Part shown: one piece after another, positions 48,839 to 58,028 of the stretch
Layout of the letters: every line of letters begins with the position of its first letter
Numbering within the stretch: position 1 is the first letter of the stretch
From: a virus
Virus record (IMG/VR): IMGVR_UViG_3300025869_000011
Span: 13,873-77,872 of that record
DNA: 64,000 nucleotides
Direction: 5' to 3' (one strand)
Made by a program: the position numbers and the translations under genes
Notes under the pieces: generated by a model
Seen by the model: the letters and a program-made list of their open reading frames with translations, nothing else
Told to the model about the DNA's origin: nothing
Database searches by the model: none

Positions 48839-48852
48839 TTAAAAATTTCTTA

Positions 48853-48886
48853 AAACCTTTTCCTACTTTAGCTATATAAAATTAAC
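48853..48886 (+). promoter_or_regulatory. Putative middle promoter
   Basis: AAAC-N18-TATAAAATTAA. Confidence 0.5.
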
Positions 48887-48924
48887 AGAGAGTTTCTGGA
48901 AATAGTATAGTTTAAAAGTATAAT

Positions 48925-49722
48925 ATGGAAAATGTAAAAAACATAGTTTGGTTTGACTTAGAAACCACAGGAGTAAATACAAGTAGCGATAGAATTATCG
49001 AGATTGCAATGATAAAAACCGATTCTGAAGGAAATGAAATAGATTCTTTTCAGTCATTAGTTAATCCCGGCCCTGATGCTGTTATGAGAGAGGAAGCTCA
49101 AGACAAGCATGGAATATCACCAGATCAATTAAAAGATGCACCACAATTTGATTTAATAGCAAAAGAAGTTTTAGACTTTATTGATGATAGTGACTTAGGT
49201 GGATATAATGCACTTTATTTTGATGTACCAATGCTCGTAGAGGAATTTATGAGAAGTGGTATTGCATTCTCACATCGACAAAGAGCTGTAGTAGATCCCT
49301 TTTTAATTTATTCAAAATATGAACGTAGAGATTTGAGTACTGCATATAAAAAATATACAGGAAAGGATTTGGAAGGCGCTCATAGAGCCGATGTTGATAT
49401 TCGTGCAACAATGGAAATATTCCAAAAGCAAAAAGAACTTTATGATATGCCTACAACAGCAAAAGAAATTGATGATGTTGTAAATGAATCACGAAAAGAT
49501 CAAGTTGACTTAAGTGGTAAATATAAATTTGCTGAAATAAATGGTAAACGAGAAATCGTATTTAACTTTGGTAAAAACAAAGGTAAGCCGTTTAAAGAAG
49601 TTTATGAAACAGATGCAAGATACATTCAATGGATTATTGATAAGGGAGAATTTTCAAAAGAAGTAAAAATCATATCTCGTAAACTCTTAGAGAAAATGCG
49701 AGCAGAAAATCCTGTTTTGTAA
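48925..49722 (+). CDS. DEDDh 3'-5' exonuclease (DnaQ/epsilon-like)
   Basis: FDLETTG, GYNALYFD, AHRADVD, C-terminal FNFGKNKG. Confidence 0.88.
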   Translation: MENVKNIVWFDLETTGVNTSSDRIIEIAMIKTDSEGNEIDSFQSLVNPGPDAVMREEAQDKHGISPDQLKDAPQFDLIAKEVLDFIDDSDLGGYNALYFDVPMLVEEFMRSGIAFSHRQRAVVDPFLIYSKYERRDLSTAYKKYTGKDLEGAHRADVDIRATMEIFQKQKELYDMPTTAKEIDDVVNESRKDQVDLSGKYKFAEINGKREIVFNFGKNKGKPFKEVYETDARYIQWIIDKGEFSKEVKIISRKLLEKMRAENPVL

Positions 49723-49757
49723 ATTGTTAATAACTTTTAGAAAAAAGATCTCATTTT

Positions 49758-49798
49758 ATTTTCAATTCCCAATTAAATTGATTATATTTATAATATAA
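49758..49798 (+). promoter_or_regulatory. Putative early promoter
   Basis: ATTTTCAATTCCCAATTA-N6-TTATATTTATAATATAA, nearly identical to 59255-59295. Confidence 0.6.
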
Positions 49799-49814
49799 TT
49801 AAATAACACGGAAT

Positions 49815-50111
49815 ATGTCTAAATATCAAGAACTACTACAAAATCCTCCAAGGCTAACAGTAAAGAAAGATGCAAGAGAGGTAATCATTAAGACGGTAAG
49901 TTGTATGTGTGACAATGTACATTACCTTAAACTTAAGAAAAATTCAGAAGGTGATTTTAAAATGTCAGGTGGCGGATTTGCTTTATCTAATTGGCAAATG
50001 AAACATACATCACATGATATTGAATGGATTGCAGATGAAGGTAAGTGGAATCAGGTATTTAGAATGATTAATACTGGAACAGAAAAAATTGAATCTTTAA
50101 AAAGTAGATAA
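49815..50111 (+). CDS. Hypothetical early protein
   Basis: First of a run of small, tightly packed ORFs. Confidence 0.6.
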   Translation: MSKYQELLQNPPRLTVKKDAREVIIKTVSCMCDNVHYLKLKKNSEGDFKMSGGGFALSNWQMKHTSHDIEWIADEGKWNQVFRMINTGTEKIESLKSR

Positions 50112-50344
50112 TGGCAATAACAACTAAACCAATGCCTGGATCTGAAGTGATCCATATAGACTTAAGCGGACCAGACGGTAATGCATTTGCATTAATTGGA
50201 TTGGCTCAAAAATTAGCAAAACAACTTCACTATCAACAAGAGGAAAGAAGTGAACTTACTACCGAGATGATGAGTGGAGATTACGATAACCTGTTAGAAA
50301 TATTCGATAAACACTTCGGAGAATTTGTAACATTACATAAATAA
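50111..50344 (+). CDS. Hypothetical protein (GPDGNAF...GDYDNLL type)
   Basis: Motif common in small phage proteins. Confidence 0.65.
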   Translation: MAITTKPMPGSEVIHIDLSGPDGNAFALIGLAQKLAKQLHYQQEERSELTTEMMSGDYDNLLEIFDKHFGEFVTLHK

Positions 50345-50345
50345 T

Positions 50346-50531
50346 ATGAAAGAACCGACACCATACCGGATGATAACCGAAGAAGAACACATTGAAGAAA
50401 TCCTAACAGAGGCATCTGCCTATGGCTTAAGAGCCGAAGTGAAGCAGTATGCAGAAAACTTATTAGATGAATCCCCAGAGATGGATCCAATTGATGCTTA
50501 TACTCATGGGTTTGAAGAGTGGATTAAATAA
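50346..50531 (+). CDS. Hypothetical protein
   Basis: Compact ORF in operon. Confidence 0.55.
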   Translation: MKEPTPYRMITEEEHIEEILTEASAYGLRAEVKQYAENLLDESPEMDPIDAYTHGFEEWIK

Positions 50532-50534
50532 ATT

Positions 50535-50681
50535 ATGGAAAAGGATAACGAAGGCAAAAAACTAAAAGAAGTTAAGTTAACTCAACAAGAATGGTTTGAT
50601 GCTCTTCGCGTACCTACACCTGTAAGAAATAAGAAAAAATATAGGAGAAAGAAAAAACATAAAGGTAAAGATGATCAATAA
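50535..50681 (+). CDS. Small basic protein, ArfA/BrfA-like tail (48 aa, absent from the ORF track)
   Basis: MEKDNEGKKLKEVKLTQQEWFDALRVPTPVRNKKKYRRKKKHKGKDDQ. Confidence 0.5.
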   Translation: MEKDNEGKKLKEVKLTQQEWFDALRVPTPVRNKKKYRRKKKHKGKDDQ

Positions 50682-50916
50682 AGGTAAAGAATGGAATTGG
50701 ATGGATAACATGGATATTATATCTTCTATTAGAGAAGACATGAAATGGGTAGAAAAAGTTTTGTCTCACAAAGATAATACTAATTTACATTACCCTGCTC
50801 TTAAGCGCCTCATTAATAATTTCTATAACAAATGGGTAAACTCAAATAATATTACAGTTATGAATACTTATCGTCTTTATCTTAAGTCAATTTTAAGAAG
50901 TGAATTTGGTAGGTAA
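50671..50916 (+). CDS. Hypothetical protein
   Basis: Compact ORF in operon. Confidence 0.5.
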   Translation: MINKGKEWNWMDNMDIISSIREDMKWVEKVLSHKDNTNLHYPALKRLINNFYNKWVNSNNITVMNTYRLYLKSILRSEFGR

Positions 50917-50918
50917 TT

Positions 50919-50951
50919 AAACCTTTAAACTTTTATCAATATAAAAATAAA
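50919..50951 (+). promoter_or_regulatory. Putative middle promoter
   Basis: AAAC-N17-TATAAAAATAAA. Confidence 0.65.
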
Positions 50952-50959
50952 ATTAAAGC

Positions 50960-52837
50960 ATGGCAGTAAGCATTGAAAAGAAATATCAGAAACTTACAGA
51001 CACAGAGCATGTATTACTTAGACCAGGTATGTACATTGGTTCTGTGAAGCCGCATACAGAAGAAGTTTATCTTTTGGATAGAAGAAGTTGGAAATTAGTA
51101 CCTAAAGAAATTACATATAACCCAGGCTTCTTAAAACTCTTTGATGAGATTGTATCTAACTCAGTTGATGAACATAAAAGAAATCATAAGCTTAATCAAA
51201 TAAAGATCACTATTGATATTAATACTAATAAAATATCAATTTGGGATAATGGTGGTATACCAGTAGAGATTCACAAAAAGTATAATGAATGGGTACCTGA
51301 AATGATTTTCTCAAATTTAAAGACTGGGAGTAATTTTGATGATAGTGAACAAAGAACTGTTGTAGGTACAAATGGCGTAGGTAGTACATTAACAAATATA
51401 TTCAGTAAAGAATTTACAATTGATACCTGTGATAAGAAGAAAAGATTTACACAAACCTTTTCAAATAATATGGCAAAGAAAACCAAACCTGCCATAAAAC
51501 CACAAAAGAAAGGGTTTACTGAAATTTCATACATTGCAGATTTTAAAAGATTTGGTATGAGTAAGATTGATAAGGCTTCAATTCAAATGATTGAAAAAAG
51601 ACTTTATGATATTGCTGCATGTAATCCTAAATTAAAAATTTGGTTAAACGGAGATCCTATTACTTTTAAATCTTTTAAAGAATACTCTGAATTATATACC
51701 ACACCAGTATTTTATGAGCAATCAGAAAATTGGCAAATAGGAATAGGTCATTCTACTTCAGGGTTTAAAGCTATCTCATTTGTAAATTCCGTTGAAACAA
51801 AAGATGGTGGAAAACACGTAGATAACATTACTTGGCAAATTACACAATTTCTTAGAGATAAGATTAAACGAAAGCATAGAGTTGATGTAAAGCCATCAGA
51901 ATTAAAAAATCATTTGTACCTTTTTATTAACAGTACAATTATTAATCCTGCATTCTCTTCTCAGACAAAAGAAAAGCTTATTACTGAACCTAAAGACTTT
52001 GGTAGCATTCATGTACTTTCCGATAAGACACTAAGACAAGTTTTAAACTCAGAAATAATTCAATCTGTATTAGATTGGATTAAACAAAAGAAGGCAGCCG
52101 AAGAAAGGTCTAAGCTTAGAAAATTAAATAAAGGTCTTGATAAGAAAAAGGTTATAAAATTAATTGATGCAAAAAAGAGAGGCGATAGAAGCAACTGTAC
52201 TCTTGCAATCTTTGAAGGTGATTCTGCATCATCTGCATTTAGACAATATAGAAATCCGAATATGCAAGGTGCATTTCCACTCAGAGGTAAGTTTGTAAAT
52301 GTAAGAGAATCTATCCCTTCTAAGGTTGTACAAAATAAAGAAGTACAATCTCTTATGGCTGCATTAGGTTTAAAGATAGGTCATGAACCTAAAGATTTAA
52401 GATACGGTAAAATATTATTGTATACTGATGCTGATGTGGATGGTAATTCTATTTCTGCTTTGTTAATTAATTTCTTAGGTAAATATTGGCCAGAATTATT
52501 TGAACAAGGTAGAGTCTTAAAGGTAGAAACTCCTCTTATGGTTGCTAAGAAAGGTAAAGAGACATTGAGTTTTTATTCTGATGATAATTATAAAGAATGG
52601 GAATCTAAACAAAGATCATTATCATCTTGGTCAATTGAATATAAGAAAGGTCTTGCTGCCTTGGAGAATGAAGAGTACCAGGAAATCATTAGTAATCCTA
52701 AAACCTTTACTTTAACTAAAGGCAAAGATTTTGATAATACATTAGATACATGGTTCTCCAAAGATTCTGAACCAAGAAAGAAAAAGATTCTAGGAGAAGA
52801 ATTAATTTATAAGACAAGCGATAAATCATTATTTTAA
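50960..52837 (+). CDS. gp39: Type II topoisomerase ATPase/TOPRIM subunit (gp39+gp60 fused)
   Basis: EHVLLRPGMYIGS, EIVSNSVDE, GTNGVG, EGDSA, PLRGK, TDADVDG, YKKGL. Confidence 0.93.
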   Translation: MAVSIEKKYQKLTDTEHVLLRPGMYIGSVKPHTEEVYLLDRRSWKLVPKEITYNPGFLKLFDEIVSNSVDEHKRNHKLNQIKITIDINTNKISIWDNGGIPVEIHKKYNEWVPEMIFSNLKTGSNFDDSEQRTVVGTNGVGSTLTNIFSKEFTIDTCDKKKRFTQTFSNNMAKKTKPAIKPQKKGFTEISYIADFKRFGMSKIDKASIQMIEKRLYDIAACNPKLKIWLNGDPITFKSFKEYSELYTTPVFYEQSENWQIGIGHSTSGFKAISFVNSVETKDGGKHVDNITWQITQFLRDKIKRKHRVDVKPSELKNHLYLFINSTIINPAFSSQTKEKLITEPKDFGSIHVLSDKTLRQVLNSEIIQSVLDWIKQKKAAEERSKLRKLNKGLDKKKVIKLIDAKKRGDRSNCTLAIFEGDSASSAFRQYRNPNMQGAFPLRGKFVNVRESIPSKVVQNKEVQSLMAALGLKIGHEPKDLRYGKILLYTDADVDGNSISALLINFLGKYWPELFEQGRVLKVETPLMVAKKGKETLSFYSDDNYKEWESKQRSLSSWSIEYKKGLAALENEEYQEIISNPKTFTLTKGKDFDNTLDTWFSKDSEPRKKKILGEELIYKTSDKSLF

Positions 52838-52839
52838 AT

Positions 52840-54183
52840 ATGAGTAAGAGAACAGTAACAGATTTTTTTGATAAGGAGTATCTTGAATATGCTAAGTATG
52901 TTGTAGAGAATAGAGCTATACCTAGTTGCATTGATGGATTAAAGCCTACACAAAGAAAGGTAGTTTATATTGCAAACAAAATTTGGAAAAGCGGTAATGA
53001 AAAACCTATGAAACTTTTTCAACTTGCAGGTAGAGTAGCGGCTGAGGCATATTACCACCATGGTAATACATCTTTGGAATCTTCTATGGTAGGTATGGCA
53101 CAAGGTTTTAAAAACTCATTACCTCTTTTAGATGGGATAGGTCAATTCGGTTCTTTAAGATCTCCATCCGCAGGTGCACCTCGTTATATTAGTGGAAAGT
53201 TACACCCTAACTTTAGATTACTTTATAAGGATTTTGAATTATTAGAAAATAAAATAGAAGAAGGTGAAAAAATTGAACCTGAGTATTTCTTACCTATTAT
53301 ACCAACTGTAATTTTAAACGGTTCATCCGGTATTGCTGTAGGTTTTGCTACAAATATTTTAAATAGAAATCCTAACGATGTTGTTAATGCATGCATCGCT
53401 GTTCTTAAAGGTAAAAAGATGCCAGTCTTAGCACCTTGGTTAAAAGAGTTTAGCGGCACTTTTACCAGAGATACGGTTAATCCAAAAACATGGAAGATAA
53501 GTGGTTTATATGAGGTGCTAAACACAACAACCGTCAAAGTAACTGAAATTCCTCCAGGTTTTACATACGAAAGATATGAAGAGCATTTAAATAACTTAAC
53601 TGAAAAAAGAATCATATCAGGATACGATGATAATTCATCAGGACAAGTAGAATATGTACTTAAGTTCCAAAGGGCTATTCTTAAGGATTATGTAAGTAGA
53701 AATAAATTAGAAGCATTATTAAAAATTAATACACAAGAAACTGAAAATCTTACAACAATAGATGAAAACGGTAAACTTAAAATTTTTAATAAAGTAGAAG
53801 AAATAGTTAACCACTTCGTAGAAGTAAGATTAAAATGGTATGATGCAAGAAAGGCTTATCTGATTGCAAAGTTAGAGAGAGAATTACTTATCATTTCAAA
53901 TAAAGCAAGATTCATAAAAGATATTATTGATGGTAAACTTAAAGTAAACAACATCCCTAAGAAAACTATTATTCTTTACTTGCAAACTGCAGATTATGAT
54001 GAAGTAGATGGTTCTTATAATTACCTTCTTAATATGCCTATCTATTCATTAACTAAAGAAAGATTTGAAGATTTATTAAGACAAGAAGCAGAAAAGAAAG
54101 CAGAGAAGAAAATCATTGAAGGTACTAATCCTAAAGACATGTATCTTTCTGATTTAGAAACTTTAAAGAAAGCAATAAAATAA
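52840..54183 (+). CDS. gp52: Type II topoisomerase breakage-reunion subunit
   Basis: RAIP..DGLKPTQRK, YHHG, APRY, GIAVGFAT. Confidence 0.93.
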   Translation: MSKRTVTDFFDKEYLEYAKYVVENRAIPSCIDGLKPTQRKVVYIANKIWKSGNEKPMKLFQLAGRVAAEAYYHHGNTSLESSMVGMAQGFKNSLPLLDGIGQFGSLRSPSAGAPRYISGKLHPNFRLLYKDFELLENKIEEGEKIEPEYFLPIIPTVILNGSSGIAVGFATNILNRNPNDVVNACIAVLKGKKMPVLAPWLKEFSGTFTRDTVNPKTWKISGLYEVLNTTTVKVTEIPPGFTYERYEEHLNNLTEKRIISGYDDNSSGQVEYVLKFQRAILKDYVSRNKLEALLKINTQETENLTTIDENGKLKIFNKVEEIVNHFVEVRLKWYDARKAYLIAKLERELLIISNKARFIKDIIDGKLKVNNIPKKTIILYLQTADYDEVDGSYNYLLNMPIYSLTKERFEDLLRQEAEKKAEKKIIEGTNPKDMYLSDLETLKKAIK

Positions 54184-54186
54184 ATT

Positions 54187-54219
54187 AAACCTTTTAAGAA
54201 ATAACAATATAAAAATAAA
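54187..54219 (+). promoter_or_regulatory. Putative middle promoter
   Basis: AAAC-N17-TATAAAAATAAA. Confidence 0.65.
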
Positions 54220-54226
54220 CAATATT

Positions 54227-54382
54227 ATGACTAAATTTAAGTTCACAACAAAGGGCGGTGCTCAAGTAATAGCATGTGAAACCGATAGTGAAAATAAAGC
54301 ATGGGAATGGATATCGCAAACTAAGCAGTTAACAGTAAAGCAAGCTAAAGATCTTTATAATATTATAAAAATAAAAAAATGA
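54227..54382 (+). CDS. Small hypothetical protein (51 aa, absent from the ORF track)
   Basis: ATG right after the promoter, ATGA overlap with the next gene. Confidence 0.55.
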   Translation: MTKFKFTTKGGAQVIACETDSENKAWEWISQTKQLTVKQAKDLYNIIKIKK

Positions 54383-54606
54383 TGATAGAACAAAACTCCT
54401 CAGTAGACTCTTCAATGATAAACAGAGTCATTTACAATTTTCCTAACAAGTCTTTAAAGATTGAATTTAATTCTGGTGCACTTTATGAATATAATAACGT
54501 AGAACCGGATGTTTATGACAATTTATGTAAAGCCGAATCTCAAGGTAAATTCTTTAACGAGCAAATAAAAAATAATTACGATCACACTCAACTTTTAATA
54601 AATTAA
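54379..54606 (+). CDS. KTSC domain protein
   Basis: VDSSMI..V.Y...LKIEFNSGALYEY.NV....Y..L..AESQGKFFN..IK. Confidence 0.85.
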   Translation: MMIEQNSSVDSSMINRVIYNFPNKSLKIEFNSGALYEYNNVEPDVYDNLCKAESQGKFFNEQIKNNYDHTQLLIN

Positions 54607-54608
54607 AT

Positions 54609-54839
54609 ATGGAAACACCAAACATTATGTATGATGCCCTTAAGGCACAGTTCGTAGCACAGAAACAAAAAGCAATTGCTACAATCACAGTATATTTAAC
54701 CAGCCCAGTAGGAATTGGGGAACACCCACAGCTTATCGATGAAATGGTTGAACAAACTAAACTCTTAGCAGAAGCTAATGATTGTATTGAAACTTTACAA
54801 AAAACCTTTGAAGTAAAAGATAAAGAAAAGGTGGATTAA
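54609..54839 (+). CDS. Hypothetical protein (PVGIGEHP motif)
   Basis: Compact ORF with a motif frequent in phage proteins. Confidence 0.6.
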   Translation: METPNIMYDALKAQFVAQKQKAIATITVYLTSPVGIGEHPQLIDEMVEQTKLLAEANDCIETLQKTFEVKDKEKVD

Positions 54840-54841
54840 CT

Positions 54842-54955
54842 ATGATGGAATTTTTAGAGTTCACATTTAGTTCTATTTGGCATTTTCTTGGTATCCTAAT
54901 TTTAATAGGAGTAGTCGGTAGCATAATTCCTAATATTAACATTAATAAAAAATGA
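54842..54955 (+). CDS. Small single-TM membrane peptide (37 aa, absent from the ORF track)
   Basis: MMEFLEFTFSSIWHFLGILILIGVVGSII...; ATGA overlap with the next gene. Confidence 0.5.
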   Translation: MMEFLEFTFSSIWHFLGILILIGVVGSIIPNININKK

Positions 54956-55431
54956 ATAAAATAATTTTAGTAGGTAAAGGTGCTGCTGGTAAAGATCATA
55001 TGAGAAAAATTCTTAGTGGTAGAGGTTTTCAGTATGGTATTTCATACACGACTCGACCTCCTAGGGATGGTGAAATTGATGGTAAGGATTATTTCTTTTT
55101 AACAGAAGAAGATTTTAAAAGAAAAATCAATCAAGGGTATTGGTATGAATGGATAGAATTTAATGGATGGTATTATGGTACAAGCCAAAGACAGTTTACT
55201 ATAAGCTGTAACCTTTTTATTATGACACCTAAAGGTATAAGTCATATTGACCCTGTAGATAGAAAAGAATGTACAATAATCTATCTTAATGTAGATGAAA
55301 AGATTAGGCGTAATCGATTAATTAAAAGAGAAATGCCTGGTGATTCAATAGACAGGAGAATGATTGCAGATGCAAAAGACTTTAAAGATTTTACAGATTT
55401 TGATATTGAAATAAACAATTCTACTTTTTAA
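54952..55431 (+). CDS. Guanylate kinase-like NMP kinase
   Basis: GKGAAGKD, SYTTRPPRDGEIDGKDYFF, WYYGT. Confidence 0.88.
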   Translation: MNKIILVGKGAAGKDHMRKILSGRGFQYGISYTTRPPRDGEIDGKDYFFLTEEDFKRKINQGYWYEWIEFNGWYYGTSQRQFTISCNLFIMTPKGISHIDPVDRKECTIIYLNVDEKIRRNRLIKREMPGDSIDRRMIADAKDFKDFTDFDIEINNSTF

Positions 55432-55446
55432 CTATATAAAAATAAA
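55413..55446 (+). promoter_or_regulatory. Putative middle promoter
   Basis: AAAC-N18-TATAAAAATAAA. Confidence 0.6.
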
Positions 55447-55449
55447 CAC

Positions 55450-56049
55450 ATGAGCAAATTTATTATCATTGAAGGTACAGATAATACAGGTAAAGATACC
55501 CAGCAAAATCTAATTATTGAAAAATTACATAACCTAGTCTTTCATAAGCTTCACTATTCTTCATTACCTTTTAAAGATGATGTAGAAAAACATGTTAATT
55601 ATTCTACTAAAATGTATAATGATATGTTTAAAATGATGGTAAATAATAAAGATGCTGATATTAATATGATTTTTAATAGATCTCATTTAGGTGAATCTGT
55701 TTACTCTCCTCTTTATAGAAATTATTCAGGTGATTATATTTTTAATATTGAAAAAGAGTATGTTAATCAACTAAGAAAAGAATTATATTTAATTACCTTA
55801 ACTAATGATCCTCATACAATTTTAAAACGAGATGATGGCAAATCATTCTATGGTAATGAAGAAGAAGTTAAAGCCGAAGTTGATGGATTTAACAGAGCTC
55901 ATAGATTAAGTAAGATTAAAAATAAACTAAATATTAATATAGGTACAATGAGCGCAGATGAAGTATCTCATATCATAATTGATTTTCTAAAACATGAAAA
56001 TTCTATTAGTGGTGTTGCTGAACAACTAAATATGTTTACTGATGTGTAA
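55450..56049 (+). CDS. Thymidylate-kinase-like dNMP kinase
   Basis: IIIEGTDNTGKDT P-loop, FNRSHLGE.VY. Confidence 0.75.
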   Translation: MSKFIIIEGTDNTGKDTQQNLIIEKLHNLVFHKLHYSSLPFKDDVEKHVNYSTKMYNDMFKMMVNNKDADINMIFNRSHLGESVYSPLYRNYSGDYIFNIEKEYVNQLRKELYLITLTNDPHTILKRDDGKSFYGNEEEVKAEVDGFNRAHRLSKIKNKLNINIGTMSADEVSHIIIDFLKHENSISGVAEQLNMFTDV

Positions 56050-56227
56050 AGCAGAAGATTTATTATACGAGGCTCACCATGAAGGTATTAGAGATGAGGT
56101 TCTTGCTGAGAGCCGTCGATTATATCAGGATAAAAAGAAGTATGAACACATGGAGTTTGGTGATAGAATAGAAATAGCACTAAGAAATGTTAGAGAGAAT
56201 AAATTACAAAGTAAATTAAAAAAATGA
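56042..56227 (+). CDS. Hypothetical protein
   Basis: Overlapping ORF in operon. Confidence 0.5.
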   Translation: MCKAEDLLYEAHHEGIRDEVLAESRRLYQDKKKYEHMEFGDRIEIALRNVRENKLQSKLKK

Positions 56228-57135
56228 GAGTATTTAAAGGAGAGACTTTTGCAGAAGCATACAACTATGCTCTAAGTAGTATTATACATAATCCTACATA
56301 CATATCATCCCCTAGAGGTATGAAGATATTTGAAATGACTGATGCAGCGATCGTTGTAGAAGATCCTACATATTGTCTTTATGAAAATGATCGTAGGAGT
56401 AGTCAATTTAAATATATTGCAGCAGAATTGGTTTGGTATTTTACTGGCCGTAATGATGCTGACTTTATTACACCGTATGCAAAGTTCTGGGATCAAATTA
56501 AAAATAAAGACGGTACTGTTAACTCTGCTTATGGTAATCTTATCTTTACCGAAGAATTAGAAGATGGTCGTAATCAATATCGATGGGCATTAGATTCCTT
56601 AATTCAAGATAAAGATTCAAGGCAAGCAATTATACATTTTAATAAGCCCTCTCATCAATGGAATGGAAATAGAGATTTTGTTTGTACTCTTAATGGCATA
56701 TTTCAAATAAGAGATAATAAATTAAACTTTACTATTGATATGAGATCTAACGATCTTATATTAGGTACTCCTACTGATGTTGCATTCTTTTGTCTTTTAC
56801 AAATTCAAATGTTAGAGCATCTTCGTAATCATTACCCTGAATTAGAATTAGGTACATATACTCATATTGCACATTCGCTTCATTTATATGAAAGGCACTT
56901 CGATCTTGCAAGCGAGATGTTAATGAAATCGTTTAATCCTCAATCATTTCCAAATATGACAGAGTTTTTAATTGATCCTAACGGTAAATCATTAGATGGT
57001 TTAAAACAATTAGAAGATGAAATGATTCAGAGTAATGATGTTGTATTTAAAGGAAAATCTAATTTTGAACCACAACCTCATGATGATCTTTTACATCAGT
57101 GGATATCCGACGCAATTTTTAATAAAGCCCTTTAA
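56224..57135 (+). CDS. Thymidylate synthase-family enzyme of the dCMP hydroxymethylase (gp42) type
   Basis: VNSAYG, DSRQA, DFVCT, MRSNDLILGTPTDV (Asp at the nucleotide-specificity position), SLHLYERHF. Confidence 0.75.
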   Translation: MRVFKGETFAEAYNYALSSIIHNPTYISSPRGMKIFEMTDAAIVVEDPTYCLYENDRRSSQFKYIAAELVWYFTGRNDADFITPYAKFWDQIKNKDGTVNSAYGNLIFTEELEDGRNQYRWALDSLIQDKDSRQAIIHFNKPSHQWNGNRDFVCTLNGIFQIRDNKLNFTIDMRSNDLILGTPTDVAFFCLLQIQMLEHLRNHYPELELGTYTHIAHSLHLYERHFDLASEMLMKSFNPQSFPNMTEFLIDPNGKSLDGLKQLEDEMIQSNDVVFKGKSNFEPQPHDDLLHQWISDAIFNKAL

Positions 57136-57138
57136 AAG

Positions 57139-58011
57139 ATGGTAATAGATACCTTTTTATATTATAATGAAATAGAATTACTTGAATTAAGACTCAAGGT
57201 TCTCTATGACTACGTTGATCGCTTTGTAATAGTAGAAGGTGATCATACACACAAGGGGGATCCTATCCCCTTTAGGGCTAAAAATGATCTTAAGAAACTA
57301 GGATATGAAAATGATAGAAAGATACATGTCATCGAAGTAAACCTTAAATCTTTTGATGAAGAACCGGATCCTTGGAAAAGATCGGATCGTGCTAGGAATG
57401 CACAAGCTAGCATATATTCTGACGATGATGATATAGTTATTATTGCAGATATAGATGAATTATGGCATCCTCATTATTTACAACAGCATGTAAGATATTT
57501 AAACGAAAACCCAACTCATGTTTTAATTAATAGATGTTGGGATTTACAAGGCCAAGTTGATTTAGGACTATATGCCAAACATAATAATGAATGTAATTCT
57601 AATGCACCTTTATTTGCCAAAGGTTCTTTTTGGAAAAAACATTCACCAGCTTCTGCTAGGTGGATATGCGGTTGGGGTGGTAATAAAAAAGATTTTCCTT
57701 TTGAAGTTAATTGGTTTACTGATGTTAAGAAGGGGTGGCATCTTTCTTATATGGGAAATGTTGAAAGAAAGTTATCTAAAATTAATACATCATGTCATTG
57801 GGATGATGAATGGGTTCCAGGTATTTCTTTCGAATCAGATTATACAAAGAACCGCTTTAAGAATTTTAATGGTAAACCTTTAACAGATGGTAGAGATTTA
57901 TTAGGTAGAGAAAATTTTTATATTAAGCCATTTGATTACACTGATCTTTTTGATACGATTGGTGACGGCTCAGATCATTTAAAAGATTGGTTATTAGGTA
58001 GAAATATATAA
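57139..58011 (+). CDS. GT17-like glycosyltransferase
   Basis: NEIELLELRL, VDRFVIVE...THKG, IADIDE, GWHLSY. Confidence 0.75.
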   Translation: MVIDTFLYYNEIELLELRLKVLYDYVDRFVIVEGDHTHKGDPIPFRAKNDLKKLGYENDRKIHVIEVNLKSFDEEPDPWKRSDRARNAQASIYSDDDDIVIIADIDELWHPHYLQQHVRYLNENPTHVLINRCWDLQGQVDLGLYAKHNNECNSNAPLFAKGSFWKKHSPASARWICGWGGNKKDFPFEVNWFTDVKKGWHLSYMGNVERKLSKINTSCHWDDEWVPGISFESDYTKNRFKNFNGKPLTDGRDLLGRENFYIKPFDYTDLFDTIGDGSDHLKDWLLGRNI

Positions 58012-58028
58012 ACAAAATAAAACTTGTT

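Noticed and set aside
50960-52837. Possible T4 gene 60-type ribosomal bypass or split topoisomerase
   Set aside because: ATPase and TOPRIM motifs lie in one continuous ORF
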